Assembly: GCA_964187785.1 (NCBI GenBank) | Contig: OZ076412.1 | Span: forward strand, 38,750,001-38,814,000 | DNA: 64,000 bases | Reading direction: 5' to 3' | Source: Amphiscolops sp. MND2022 | Taxonomy: Eukaryota | Part shown: positions 22,015 to 31,789 of the stretch, in pieces | Layout of the letters: every line of letters starts with the position of its first letter | Numbering within the stretch: position 1 is the first letter of the stretch | The notes under the pieces: model-generated | Seen by the model: the letters and a program-made list of their open reading frames with translations, nothing else | Databases searched by the model: none | What the model was told of the DNA's origin: nothing | Program-made: the position numbers and the translations under genes

Positions 22015-25000
22015 TTATGCATAAGATTGAAAATAGGTGAAAGTATTACTTGACTGCTTAAGTGAATGATGTCCGTAGGCCAAAGATTTAACACCACAAT
22101 CCAAGAGAAATCGTTTATCATCAAAGGCGCTTAGGGCAGTTTTGTTCACTTGAGCCACGACTAGTTGATGTTGCTGCGATCGAATTTGGGTGTTGACCCT
22201 GCAAATGTTCACTTTCGATTCTATAATGCTGGTGAACAGATCGTGATTCAACGTTTTTTTCACGCATTTTTTAACTCCTTTGGCACTCTGCTTTACGCCA
22301 CTGTCAAATTTTATACTGTAGAGTTTAGATCTCAAGCAAGTACATTCCAGTAGAATTTGACCATTCAATTCGTCCTTCATGGTTAGCGGCTTCTTCTTGT
22401 TAGTTGCGTCGTACAATTTATGATTCTGAGGGTAGTCAGACAAATCCAAGAGATTTTTGAAAGATTCCATGTCTGAGTATAGATCATCTGTTTCGATTCG
22501 ATATAAAAGAGAATCAGTATCCTTGTAGACGACAGTTACTTTTTCTCCATAACGTGGCTTCATTTCGTTATAGTGGAAATTATACAGCACAATTTTCGAT
22601 AAGTCCAAAATGGCGGCTCCAACAGGCGTTGGTTTATTCCATAAAATTGAGGTTTTCGAAAAATTCAGTGACACTAGATTGCTGTGGATTATTTGAAAAG
22701 TCAAAAAATTAGGCTTCAGGGTGTAACGTTTGGCCTCGGTAGTATTCGCAACAAACTTAGTATCCCTTCTATGACGTAGATTCTCCATCGTTTTGCCGAA
22801 ACAGGCATTAGAAAGGAGCTTGAAAAAATTCTTCTCGAAATCTGTTGTCGCATTTTTTCGCATTTGGGTGTTTTTGGATATGTAGTTTCCAAGCCAGCAG
22901 CTTTGATCGAACTGCAGAACACGATGGAGTTTCTTGACCTTGAGACCTTGCTCCAAATAAAATTTAAGGTTTCTAAAGTGGCATATATAAAACTGTTTAT
23001 CAAATAGCGTTTCAATAAGCTTGGCCACTGGTGAAACTGGAAGATTGAAGGAATTGGCGTAATCCGACAGCCATTCCTTCTTGATTGCGAGTTTTTCCGG
23101 AGCAAGAGGTAGGTCGTTGTGAGATGCATGCAAATGTGCTGGATATTCCAGGTCCACCTCAGCGAAAAAACCAACGGGCCCGAAAGAGTCAGTTTGTAGG
23201 ATATCCTCTAAAGTCAAATCTTCTCTCCATTTGTAGTTGCCGACAGGAAGAGGTTGCTGCATTGTTCCAGCATATAATGAAGTGACATCAAAAAATGCTC
23301 CAAACACTGAAGGCTGGGAGGGATCAAAATCTTGCATGTATTGATTGTTAGCTTTGAAGTGTCGCAGGGCGCCGGTTCCATTGATACCGCCGCGAATAGC
23401 CCGCTCACAAAACAGTAACATATCAATATCCGTCAAAACTCCAAGCTCAACTTTGGTGGTGATCAGCATCGCTTCCCAGCTCAAGTTGGGAGCTGAAAAA
23501 AAATGAGCAGGATCTAGTTGATACTCTTTCACACCCACGTCACGGAAAGCCTGAAAGATGTCTGCGAGAAGATACACATCAAGGGTTAAATATAGGTCAT
23601 GATAATCGCCAAAGTCTTTGCACTGCATCAAATTGAACATATCCTTTGCTGTTTGGTACTGATCCTCGGTTATATCAATTTTACCAGTAAGACTATTTCT
23701 CCAAGCATCACCGTATGCTGGAAAAGGATCCGAAAACCTTTCGAAGCTGTTCAAGAAACTGTAGGGAAAATACCCTTTACCGCGAACTTTTCGAAAGTCA
23801 GCATCGTTCAGATGCGAAAATTTCCTCCTTAAAAGTATGAGCGATGAAGACTCCATTGTTCTGGCCAAGCTGTCGAGAGATTGGGACATGAATTGAAAAC
23901 TGTCTAAGAAGCGAATTTCACTGTAAAGCGCAACAACTTTACCGTCCTTGCGTTTGTATTCAGAGACTTTGATGCGAAGGCTAAAAGAGATATAAATTTC
24001 GTCAGTACGCGAGATGGCTGAAAATTTTTCACCAGGGAGAACATTGATATTTTTCAAAATGTGGTGGGAATCATACCTGGAGAGATTGTGAAAGAACACA
24101 GGCAAGAAACGCTTGATCTGAGCCTTCAAATTACACATGGAATGAGCAATCCCAAAAATCATGCCCGATGAGTGGCAGTGATGAATCACCGGGTCATCTT
24201 GTATGACGCTTTTGCAAATACAACACTTTTCACCTCTAGTTGAGGCCAGGAATTGCTCTTGTTGAGTTTTAGTGAGCACATCACTTAGAAATCTGTACCT
24301 TTGTCTCTCAGAGTCACACCAGGCATTCCACTTGCGAAGGCAGTTCATCAACTTTTCGATGCAATCTTCTCCGCGGTAAAAAGATTCATCGACAACTTTG
24401 TTGCTTTGAGAATCAACCAAAACAGCTCCATAGCTCGCAGGTAGCTGTTTCTCAATCAGAACAGTTTTGCTGCCGCTCTGAATAAACATCGGAACATTGA
24501 GAGCTTCTAAATCTGCATAAACGACAAAAGGACACTTCTGAGTTTTTTCCCAGTTTGAGAAAGTCAGTTTCAGATGCTCACTGGGCATCACAATCCTCAA
24601 AGGTTGATTGTCATCACAAAGTCGAGCATGTTCCATGAATTTTTGCTTCCCAATAGACTGCATGCAGTTCACGCAAAACTTCGTTTTGGGACCCTTGGCA
24701 GCTCGTTTTGGAGATCTGCATACTTTATGCATGAAAGCTTGAAAATTAGTTATCAGACAATAGTGCGAATTGAAGCCATCCAAAAGTAAAAGCAAAAAAA
24801 TCTTTGGATATTCCCCTCTGTTTCTACTTCGATGACAACAGATGAGTCCTCCCTGCTCATCGAAATTAAACACTGTTATGGAGAGATTATTGTCGCTTTC
24901 AAATCTTGCGATATCCTTAAGTTTCATAGGCATCATTGACTCGCTGAATTTGAGACGATTAAATTTGTCACGGTATTGAGAAGGCCTGTCGCGATTTTTG

Positions 25001-25836
25001 GACCGAGGATAAAGGTACGCGAGAATACAATATATGAAGCAGAAATTGTCAAACAAGTTTTTGATATTAAGCAGACATTTACGCATGCCCTCAAGTTTTG
25101 CTGGGGTTGGCAGAAAAGAAGTTCCAGCAAGTGATCTTGTATGACAAATTTTGATATCTAAAGATGAAAGCTGTTTAAGAATCCAACCTGAACCACCGGA
25201 GCAGAAGACGTTGAGTTGTCTCAAAACTTGGTCAATCAACTCATCAAGGTCTGCGTTGTCGATCGACTCAACAGCTCGCACCAAACGTGATGAGAAGTGG
25301 GGAGATATAGTTTCTTCGGTACATGGTTTTGATAATACAACTTGCAAACACAGACCAACGCGGGATATTCCTTGGTTGGTTATTTCCTGGTCAATCAAAA
25401 GTCCGATATTGGCTCGATTACTCCATATAAAGGCCAATGGATCAACACTTTCAGTTTGAACATCTAGTCGCAAAATTTTGAAGTGAGAATTCAAGGCTAA
25501 CACTGTTTTAGAAACCTGCGGAATCGAGGCCCAATTGACTTCTGTTGTAGTTGTCATTGTGGACGAAGATACAACAGGGTGCTCCCTGCTCTTGTGCGCG
25601 TGGAGATAGGACTCGTTTCCAAAAATTTTTGGGCAAGCATTACATTGAATGCTTTTATTGAATTTGTGAATATTCCTCAGATGGCGGATCAAATTCTTCG
25701 AAGAAGTACATGTTACTTCACAATGTCCACAACTGAAAGACCATAGTGAGGGCTCTTTTTTGTGAACAGCTCTGATATGTTTGAAAAGAAGTCGTTTGGT
25801 TTGGAAGTTGTCTCGGCAGTCTGGGCAAGGAAACAT
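22015..25836 (-). CDS. polB: Protein-primed family B DNA polymerase (pPolB), 1273 aa, with N-terminal C2H2 zinc fingers
   Basis: Exonuclease motifs YADLEA, FHNLSRYDSH and DVYLLADIF. Polymerase motifs FDVTSLY, KLLSNACFGK and YKDTDS. The ORF is intact. Confidence 0.97.
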   Translation of the reverse strand: MFPCPDCRDNFQTKRLLFKHIRAVHKKEPSLWSFSCGHCEVTCTSSKNLIRHLRNIHKFNKSIQCNACPKIFGNESYLHAHKSREHPVVSSSTMTTTTEVNWASIPQVSKTVLALNSHFKILRLDVQTESVDPLAFIWSNRANIGLLIDQEITNQGISRVGLCLQVVLSKPCTEETISPHFSSRLVRAVESIDNADLDELIDQVLRQLNVFCSGGSGWILKQLSSLDIKICHTRSLAGTSFLPTPAKLEGMRKCLLNIKNLFDNFCFIYCILAYLYPRSKNRDRPSQYRDKFNRLKFSESMMPMKLKDIARFESDNNLSITVFNFDEQGGLICCHRSRNRGEYPKIFLLLLLDGFNSHYCLITNFQAFMHKVCRSPKRAAKGPKTKFCVNCMQSIGKQKFMEHARLCDDNQPLRIVMPSEHLKLTFSNWEKTQKCPFVVYADLEALNVPMFIQSGSKTVLIEKQLPASYGAVLVDSQSNKVVDESFYRGEDCIEKLMNCLRKWNAWCDSERQRYRFLSDVLTKTQQEQFLASTRGEKCCICKSVIQDDPVIHHCHSSGMIFGIAHSMCNLKAQIKRFLPVFFHNLSRYDSHHILKNINVLPGEKFSAISRTDEIYISFSLRIKVSEYKRKDGKVVALYSEIRFLDSFQFMSQSLDSLARTMESSSLILLRRKFSHLNDADFRKVRGKGYFPYSFLNSFERFSDPFPAYGDAWRNSLTGKIDITEDQYQTAKDMFNLMQCKDFGDYHDLYLTLDVYLLADIFQAFRDVGVKEYQLDPAHFFSAPNLSWEAMLITTKVELGVLTDIDMLLFCERAIRGGINGTGALRHFKANNQYMQDFDPSQPSVFGAFFDVTSLYAGTMQQPLPVGNYKWREDLTLEDILQTDSFGPVGFFAEVDLEYPAHLHASHNDLPLAPEKLAIKKEWLSDYANSFNLPVSPVAKLIETLFDKQFYICHFRNLKFYLEQGLKVKKLHRVLQFDQSCWLGNYISKNTQMRKNATTDFEKNFFKLLSNACFGKTMENLRHRRDTKFVANTTEAKRYTLKPNFLTFQIIHSNLVSLNFSKTSILWNKPTPVGAAILDLSKIVLYNFHYNEMKPRYGEKVTVVYKDTDSLLYRIETDDLYSDMESFKNLLDLSDYPQNHKLYDATNKKKPLTMKDELNGQILLECTCLRSKLYSIKFDSGVKQSAKGVKKCVKKTLNHDLFTSIIESKVNICRVNTQIRSQQHQLVVAQVNKTALSAFDDKRFLLDCGVKSLAYGHHSLKQSSNTFTYFQSYA

Positions 25837-26453
25837 TCTGGCAGTGGGTCAATCAAAAACTGAACGTTATATGATGGGTGAAAATTTGAAAAAATATTCT
25901 ATAAACCAAAAAAGAACAAAAGAAGTACTTTTCGAAACATGCTAGATCAAATTTAATTTTCACCCATCATTAGAGTAGATGTTAGAGAAGTAGGTTATTC
26001 AAATGCATGTCTATCATTCAGTAGCTAAACTTTAAAGGATTCTCCGTTGTGTTAATTATATACCAAGAAGAATACTTAGGTTCACCAAAGTTGAACGAAA
26101 GTCGAGTTATCAAGGTTCATCGACAAATATAGACAACTGAGAAGAAAATTTGAAGTCCAACATTATCGAAATCAACTTCAATTGACATTGCATAATTAAT
26201 TACTTCTAGGCAGACTCGTAAATGACCAGATTCTCAGTTATGTTTATTCGATAGAGAAAAGATCGTTTAGGTTCATTATTAAAGTTGAGCTGAAATCAGC
26301 TTATCAGGGTTCATTAGCTTATTTGGACAATGTGTGAAACAGTTTTGACATTATCAAAATGAACTCGGAAAAACTTCGGGCCCTTTGAATAACAAAGGTG
26401 TCAAAAAATTTGAAAAGTGACAAAAGATGAGATAAAAGTCGGCTGGAAAGGAG

Positions 26454-26460
26454 TATAAAA
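26454..26460 (+). promoter_or_regulatory. Candidate TATA box for the right-end gene
   Basis: TATAAAA about 100 nt upstream of caaccATG at 26560. Confidence 0.4.
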
Positions 26461-26559
26461 GTGCACACTTGGAATATATCTTGATTGAAGTTCCTGTTGA
26501 AAAACGCTCAATATTGGTTTTTAAAACTCTGCATCGTTGAAATTTCCAAATCATCAACC

Positions 26560-27558
26560 ATGAACAACTCATTCTTTTCAATATTGATTCATGAATCAAG
26601 AGAGGTCACGGTTCGCGAAACACGAAAACCCGGACAAGAGAGCAGCATCGAAATAAAGGTCCTCAAGAAGCGAGTTGACGAATTTGGCGAAGCTGGCGGG
26701 GTGATCGGCACCGAGGCTTCCTTCCCTGAGAAGGCCTTCACCAAACTGATGAGAATCAACTGGACAATAATTTTCTTCGGGATGCTGGTCAACGGTGAAT
26801 TGCCTCAGGAGATGCTGGTGCCGACCCCCGCCGACGAGGACGCAGGGCTCCGTATGGAATCGCGTTTCACGTCAACAATTTTCTCTGAAGTCGGTAAGCA
26901 TGAACATATTAAATAGGATTACTGTTGGTCAAAGAGAGAGGGACTCAGGCAAATTAGTCTTGAATCGAGCTTGAAAGATCACTAACATATTCAGTGCAAC
27001 CCTTTTCTTTGGGCGCTTGTGCCTTACAAGACGATGAAATTATCAAGATGACTTAGGTTGTATTGAAGTGCTTTGTTTCAATTCGATAACACTGTTCTCA
27101 TTTCATGTTTAGGAGAGAAGACAGCATTCAGGGCGTCAGTGAACATATACAACTCTAACATACATACAAAGAAGAGTGTGTATGTTACAATGAAGGCCTT
27201 CCGTTGGGAGCCCGAATGGTCACAATTCAATCGAGTTGGGCAAGTACTTACGCTGCATCATTGTGAGATGATGCGGCTGATTACGGAATATAACGCCTAT
27301 CTGGATAGAATTGTCTCTCCTTCTGGTAAGCCAACGGGAGAGAGCACTTGCGAGGAGGAAGACCGACCCTTGTCACTACTGAAAGCTGGGACGTCAAAGC
27401 GCACTAAAAAGACAGGATCTTCCTCCTCGCAAGTGCAAAAGAAAATACCAAAAAAGACGGCCCTTGCGGAAGGGACTTCAACGACGCCCGCAGTTGATGC
27501 CCCAAAGGAGACCACTAGCGAAGAAATCACTATCGAAGATAGTGAGGATGAAAACTAA
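26560..27558 (+). CDS. Predicted two-exon gene join(26560..26893,27113..27558), 259 aa, with two PC4-like repeats and a basic/acidic tail
   Basis: Donor G|GTAAGC at 26894 and acceptor tttcatgtttag| at 27112 are both phase 1. The joined length of 780 nt is in frame. The fold is a guess. Confidence 0.6.
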
Positions 27559-28323
27559 TTGTATAGATACAATTGATTTGTATTATTTTATTCAGTACCT
27601 AATTGTATATTGTTATATTACCTCAAAGTTTTGCTGCTAGTTAGCAAATGACGCATCAAGTTTGAAAAATACATCAAGTATTTCGAGTAAAAACAGTGAA
27701 AAAAGAAAGTCATCATGAGAGCGGGTTTTCAAAGTGACTGCGATCAGATTCGATCCGCGTTCAAAATACTTTTCATATTTTCAAATTGATCTAAAGATGA
27801 AAATTGAAGTAAGGAAATGTCCGAAAGTACAAATTCATTTTAATTCCAAAATTGATTTGAGCAAAACCCCTTGCTCCAATGCTTACTAAACGCGCCGTGC
27901 CGGCGCGCTGTTCCTTGCGGCCCAGTATTACGACTTACATGAATTCCATCGTGGTCTACACCACTAGGCTACAGGCGCACTGATTTAGAATGAAATTGGA
28001 AGACTGTAATTAGCAGCGAGAAGGATTGATAAAAGCGATGAAAGCAGTATTGGGAATGAGAAACATCAAATAGAATTAAATTGAGAATACAGCTATTCGG
28101 TGTGGTGGCCGTTCAAACTTCGATGACATTGAATAACTCTAGGGTTGAATTGAAACAGCATTGCAATTCAATCTTTCCAAAACACATAGCATTGAATAAA
28201 ATCAAACATTGGAAAGAATGATTAGCAGTAACACTTACATCGATAGTTCGAGTTTGTATCAATCGAATAAGTTCAAGGTTAAACAGAAATTTGCGAAAAA
28301 TGCAGAATTTTGTGGAAAAACAA

Positions 28324-28370
28324 TAGGGAGAAACGAAAGTGTGCGAATACCCCTACCAACGTATACTACT
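28324..28370 (-). repeat. Right terminal inverted repeat (47 bp)
   Basis: tagggagaaacgaaagtgtgcgaatacccctaccaacgtatactact, followed by the TSD gtcagg. Confidence 0.97.
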
Positions 28371-31300
28371 GTCAGGTATTCTCTACAGTACCCGAAAAAC
28401 CCAAAAGTTGGACCGAGCTGGCGCGCTAAATGGGGGACACTTCGGGATTTTTCAACATCCATTCTGTTGGAAAATATCAAAAAATTGAAGGGGGGCCCTG
28501 AGACTAAAAGTTTTTCGAAAAGTCTCACAATGCCGAAAAACTAAAGGGGCCCTTTAGTCTCGCCCGTATTGTATGTTACGCTGAAAAAAAGAAACAATTA
28601 TTGTAGTTCGGTTTCCTGGGCCAACTGGTCCAATTTGACAGACACCTTGAAATTTTGTAAAACTTTAGAAATATTTTGGTCAGTTCGTGTGAATTCAAAG
28701 AAAAAAGTCACTTGTAGTCGCGTTTCACTTCATGAAACGCCGTCTAAAAATATGGACAAAACAAGCCTTCTTTTTCCTTCGAATGCATTGCATTTCATAA
28801 CATTTTCTGAATTTTTCAAAATTCATTTTTAGTTATGCTTGTTTTTTGTCAGACAACAGAGATCACCCTGTGTGTATCACTTTTTGGTAAGAGGTTAATC
28901 GATTTAGGGGGAACCCAACGATCGCGGATTCGAGTCCCTGCTTCAGCCAGCAACTTTTTCGTGCTTTTGCAAAATTGGACGAGGCTAAAGGGTCCACCCT
29001 TTCGTTTTTTCGACTTTGAGACTTGTCTCCAAAGGGTTCCTCTTCAAATTTTTTGATATTTTGCTACAAATTGGATGTTCATAAAGCTCAAAGGTTCCCC
29101 TTTTACATTTTCCGGAATTGTCATATTTTTCAAAATGAATATTTTTCGTTTTAAAATTGTTTTCTCAGTGGCCCAGCACGCTATATTCGATTTTTTTCAC
29201 GTTATATCCGAAGTAACTTGCCTTCCATTATAGGTTCGGAAATATTGCGCTATATTCGAATTTTTGAACGAAATGTTTTGCGAGCATAGAGGACTCCTTA
29301 GGGCACTATGCAGTTTTTCCGAAAGAAAATCGATTTTTTCAAAACCAAATGGCTTTTTCCAGTTCGGGAAAGTGGTTTTCAAGTCTTATGCATATCCATT
29401 TGGGTATTTTTGGGCACTGTATTTAACAATTGTGTCCTTTTGCATATTAAAAAAAACTTTACTCTTTTGAACCTTGGGCGGGGCGCCGACTCGGTCTGTT
29501 CCCGGATTGTCAGTCTCTAAGAAGATTGTAAGATTGACAAAACGGAAAAGTCTCATTAAATTTCAGTTGAAATTTTGAAACATTTTAAAATTTTCACTGC
29601 AAAATCAGGCAATATTGTTGTCGCTAATTGAAATGTGCAAAACATGTTTCTGAGAAATATAAGTCTCTGCTTTGTACGCCGTCACTTCTAAAATTTCGTT
29701 TTTCTGAGAAAAATAGATCAAAATATGCAAATGTTTAAAAATTTTTCTACCAAATATGGGAATCCCATACTGGTTGTGTTCACATGGAAATCTGGTCTCT
29801 CATTCATACCGGTTTCGTGTATATCAGTACAATACAATGTTCAATATACAATATTGTGATGAGCAAAATCTTGGCAAAAAAGGTTTCATTAATATTGTTA
29901 CAATATGACATGGAAAGTTGTAGCTTGTTCTCTTGGACCATATGTCTTACCATTTAGCATTTAGGGCACAAGAGGTATGTAGCTGACTACGTTATATTAA
30001 TAATTCCGACAAATTCTGACATGCGTTTTTCAGCTTAGTGAATTCAATGAGACACATGGTCCGTTCTATTTAATCTCAAACACATCCGAAGCAATCGCCC
30101 TCACAATTTACCAAGCTTAAAAGTTGTTTATTTACTGCAAAGAACGAAATCGACCAATTATGTCGACTGTTACTTGTTCCCATCACGTTCTGCTGTATTT
30201 TTATGGCAATAGCTTTGTTATAATACATAAATTGATTGGTTCCATTACATTTTTATTCGAAATATTGTTGCATACATTGGAGGCATTTCTGCGGTGACAT
30301 TATAATACATATTGGCCCGTTCAATGAATCGGTTACGCCTCTAGAACTTGAATATTTGTATGTTTCACTCAGCAGCAACATTTCGGTGTGTAAACAACCC
30401 GACTGTTTTCAGCCCTTAACCCACCGTAACAAAACACTCGAGGTCGTATAAGTTGAGCGACCTTGGAATTTGTGGAATGATTAATGTTTGCATACTTGTC
30501 GTCGTTCATCGTGTTACCACTACTCCAATAATCCTGATTTCGGTCATGCCAAAATCAACTGATCCGTCTTCCCTTTCTGCTCTGAATTTCCGCTTTACGA
30601 TTGCATGTGCATTGTTTTTCGCGCCTATGTACATTCTCTGTATTTGCCTTCTCGAGTGAATAGTTCGAGAGAATTCAACTTTATGATTTCTTCTTTTAGA
30701 GATTTTGCCGAAGGTAAATAATCATAAATGTTTGATCATTGTTCACGAGACGGCCCACGTGCATATGGTGTGATTTTGTACAATATTAAGGTCAATATTC
30801 TTTATAGAGGGCGTCGCCTTGTTTAGTTAGTTAAGTGAGGCTGCTATAAGTCCAGGCTTTCAAGTTTTACAACACCTCCGTAACTCAAATTACCTTTTGA
30901 ATGACGTAATTGTTTGTTACGCGTTTCATCGACTGTAAAAGCGTTTGCAATCAATATTTCCGAAATACCGTACACAATGTTTTGACACCTTTAGTGGGGT
31001 TTGCATTTGTTCTGTGAAATTGCGGTATTGAAGTTATGACTCAAAGTATGTAGTTCACTTCTACCCTGGTTACTATCTTGGTCCGTTCTTTTCTGCGCCC
31101 AATATTGTGTTGACTGTTTTCGAATGAATTTTTGCTCAAGTTTTGCTATTCGAATCGTATTTTACTGTCAATATCCTGAATTTTCTACTTGTTATCTTTT
31201 GTTTACAGACAAAGCTTTCTTTCCTCATATTACTTTCGTCAACTTCAAATTACTTTTCATTTTATTTTACGCGCCATAGAAAATGTAAAACGATAGATCT

Positions 31301-31789
31301 ATATAATACTTTTGATAAAATGTATCTTTCCGTGATCTATCCTCGACAGTACACCGAGAAATCGAAAAACTTCTTCGCCGGACCTTTCCAATTCTGGTCA
31401 AACTCATTACTGAAACTTCATTGAAAAAACTTTTATATGCGATTTCAATTTTTTTCTTCCGCTTTTCTTTCGATTTTTTTCTTCTCTTACTCTCTTTTTC
31501 CTATTTAATAAATAACAAAAAGGATCGTGCGAACTGGAACCATGATGAAAGTGTTTGAAATAGAATTAGCCCGAGTTGAAGCATTGGCAGTCAGAAAAAG
31601 AAAAGCTAGGTGCCAGAGCGCTGCAAGCAGTGGAGCCTCTTTACAGTGTCAATAACGGTCCCCTGAATGCAGCAACCATCAAGAGCATCAAGTGGAGGAA
31701 AAATTTATAAATTAGGGCATCGTATCATAATTTTAAAAACATCAACTATAAATTTATCGCATGAATCACCAAATTAGGATCGTCGAGGT

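Larger units (their letters stand above)
12902..28370. mobile_element. Endogenous Polinton/Maverick (adintovirus-like) element, full length
   Basis: Exact 47-bp TIRs starting AGTAGT and ending ACTACT. 6-bp TSD GTCAGG at 12896-12901 and 28371-28376. Contains pPolB, integrase, FtsK-like ATPase, penton, hexon and protease genes. Confidence 0.97.
12828..28750. mobile_element. HINE-like repeat copy split by the Polinton insertion (12828-12901 plus 28371-28750)
   Basis: Left part aacaagccgggaacgg...ggacttcaaagtgtcagg. Right part gtcaggtatt...gcgtttcacttcatgaaacgccgtctaaaaa. The rejoined site resembles the uninterrupted copy near 37250 (ggacttcaatatgtcaaagtatt on the minus strand). Confidence 0.7.

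Noticed and set aside
22165-25459. Plus-strand and alternative-frame ORFs overlapping polB, and similar shadows over integrase and hexon
   Set aside because: Most lack ATG starts and recognisable motifs; they are explained as antisense or frame shadows of long genes.
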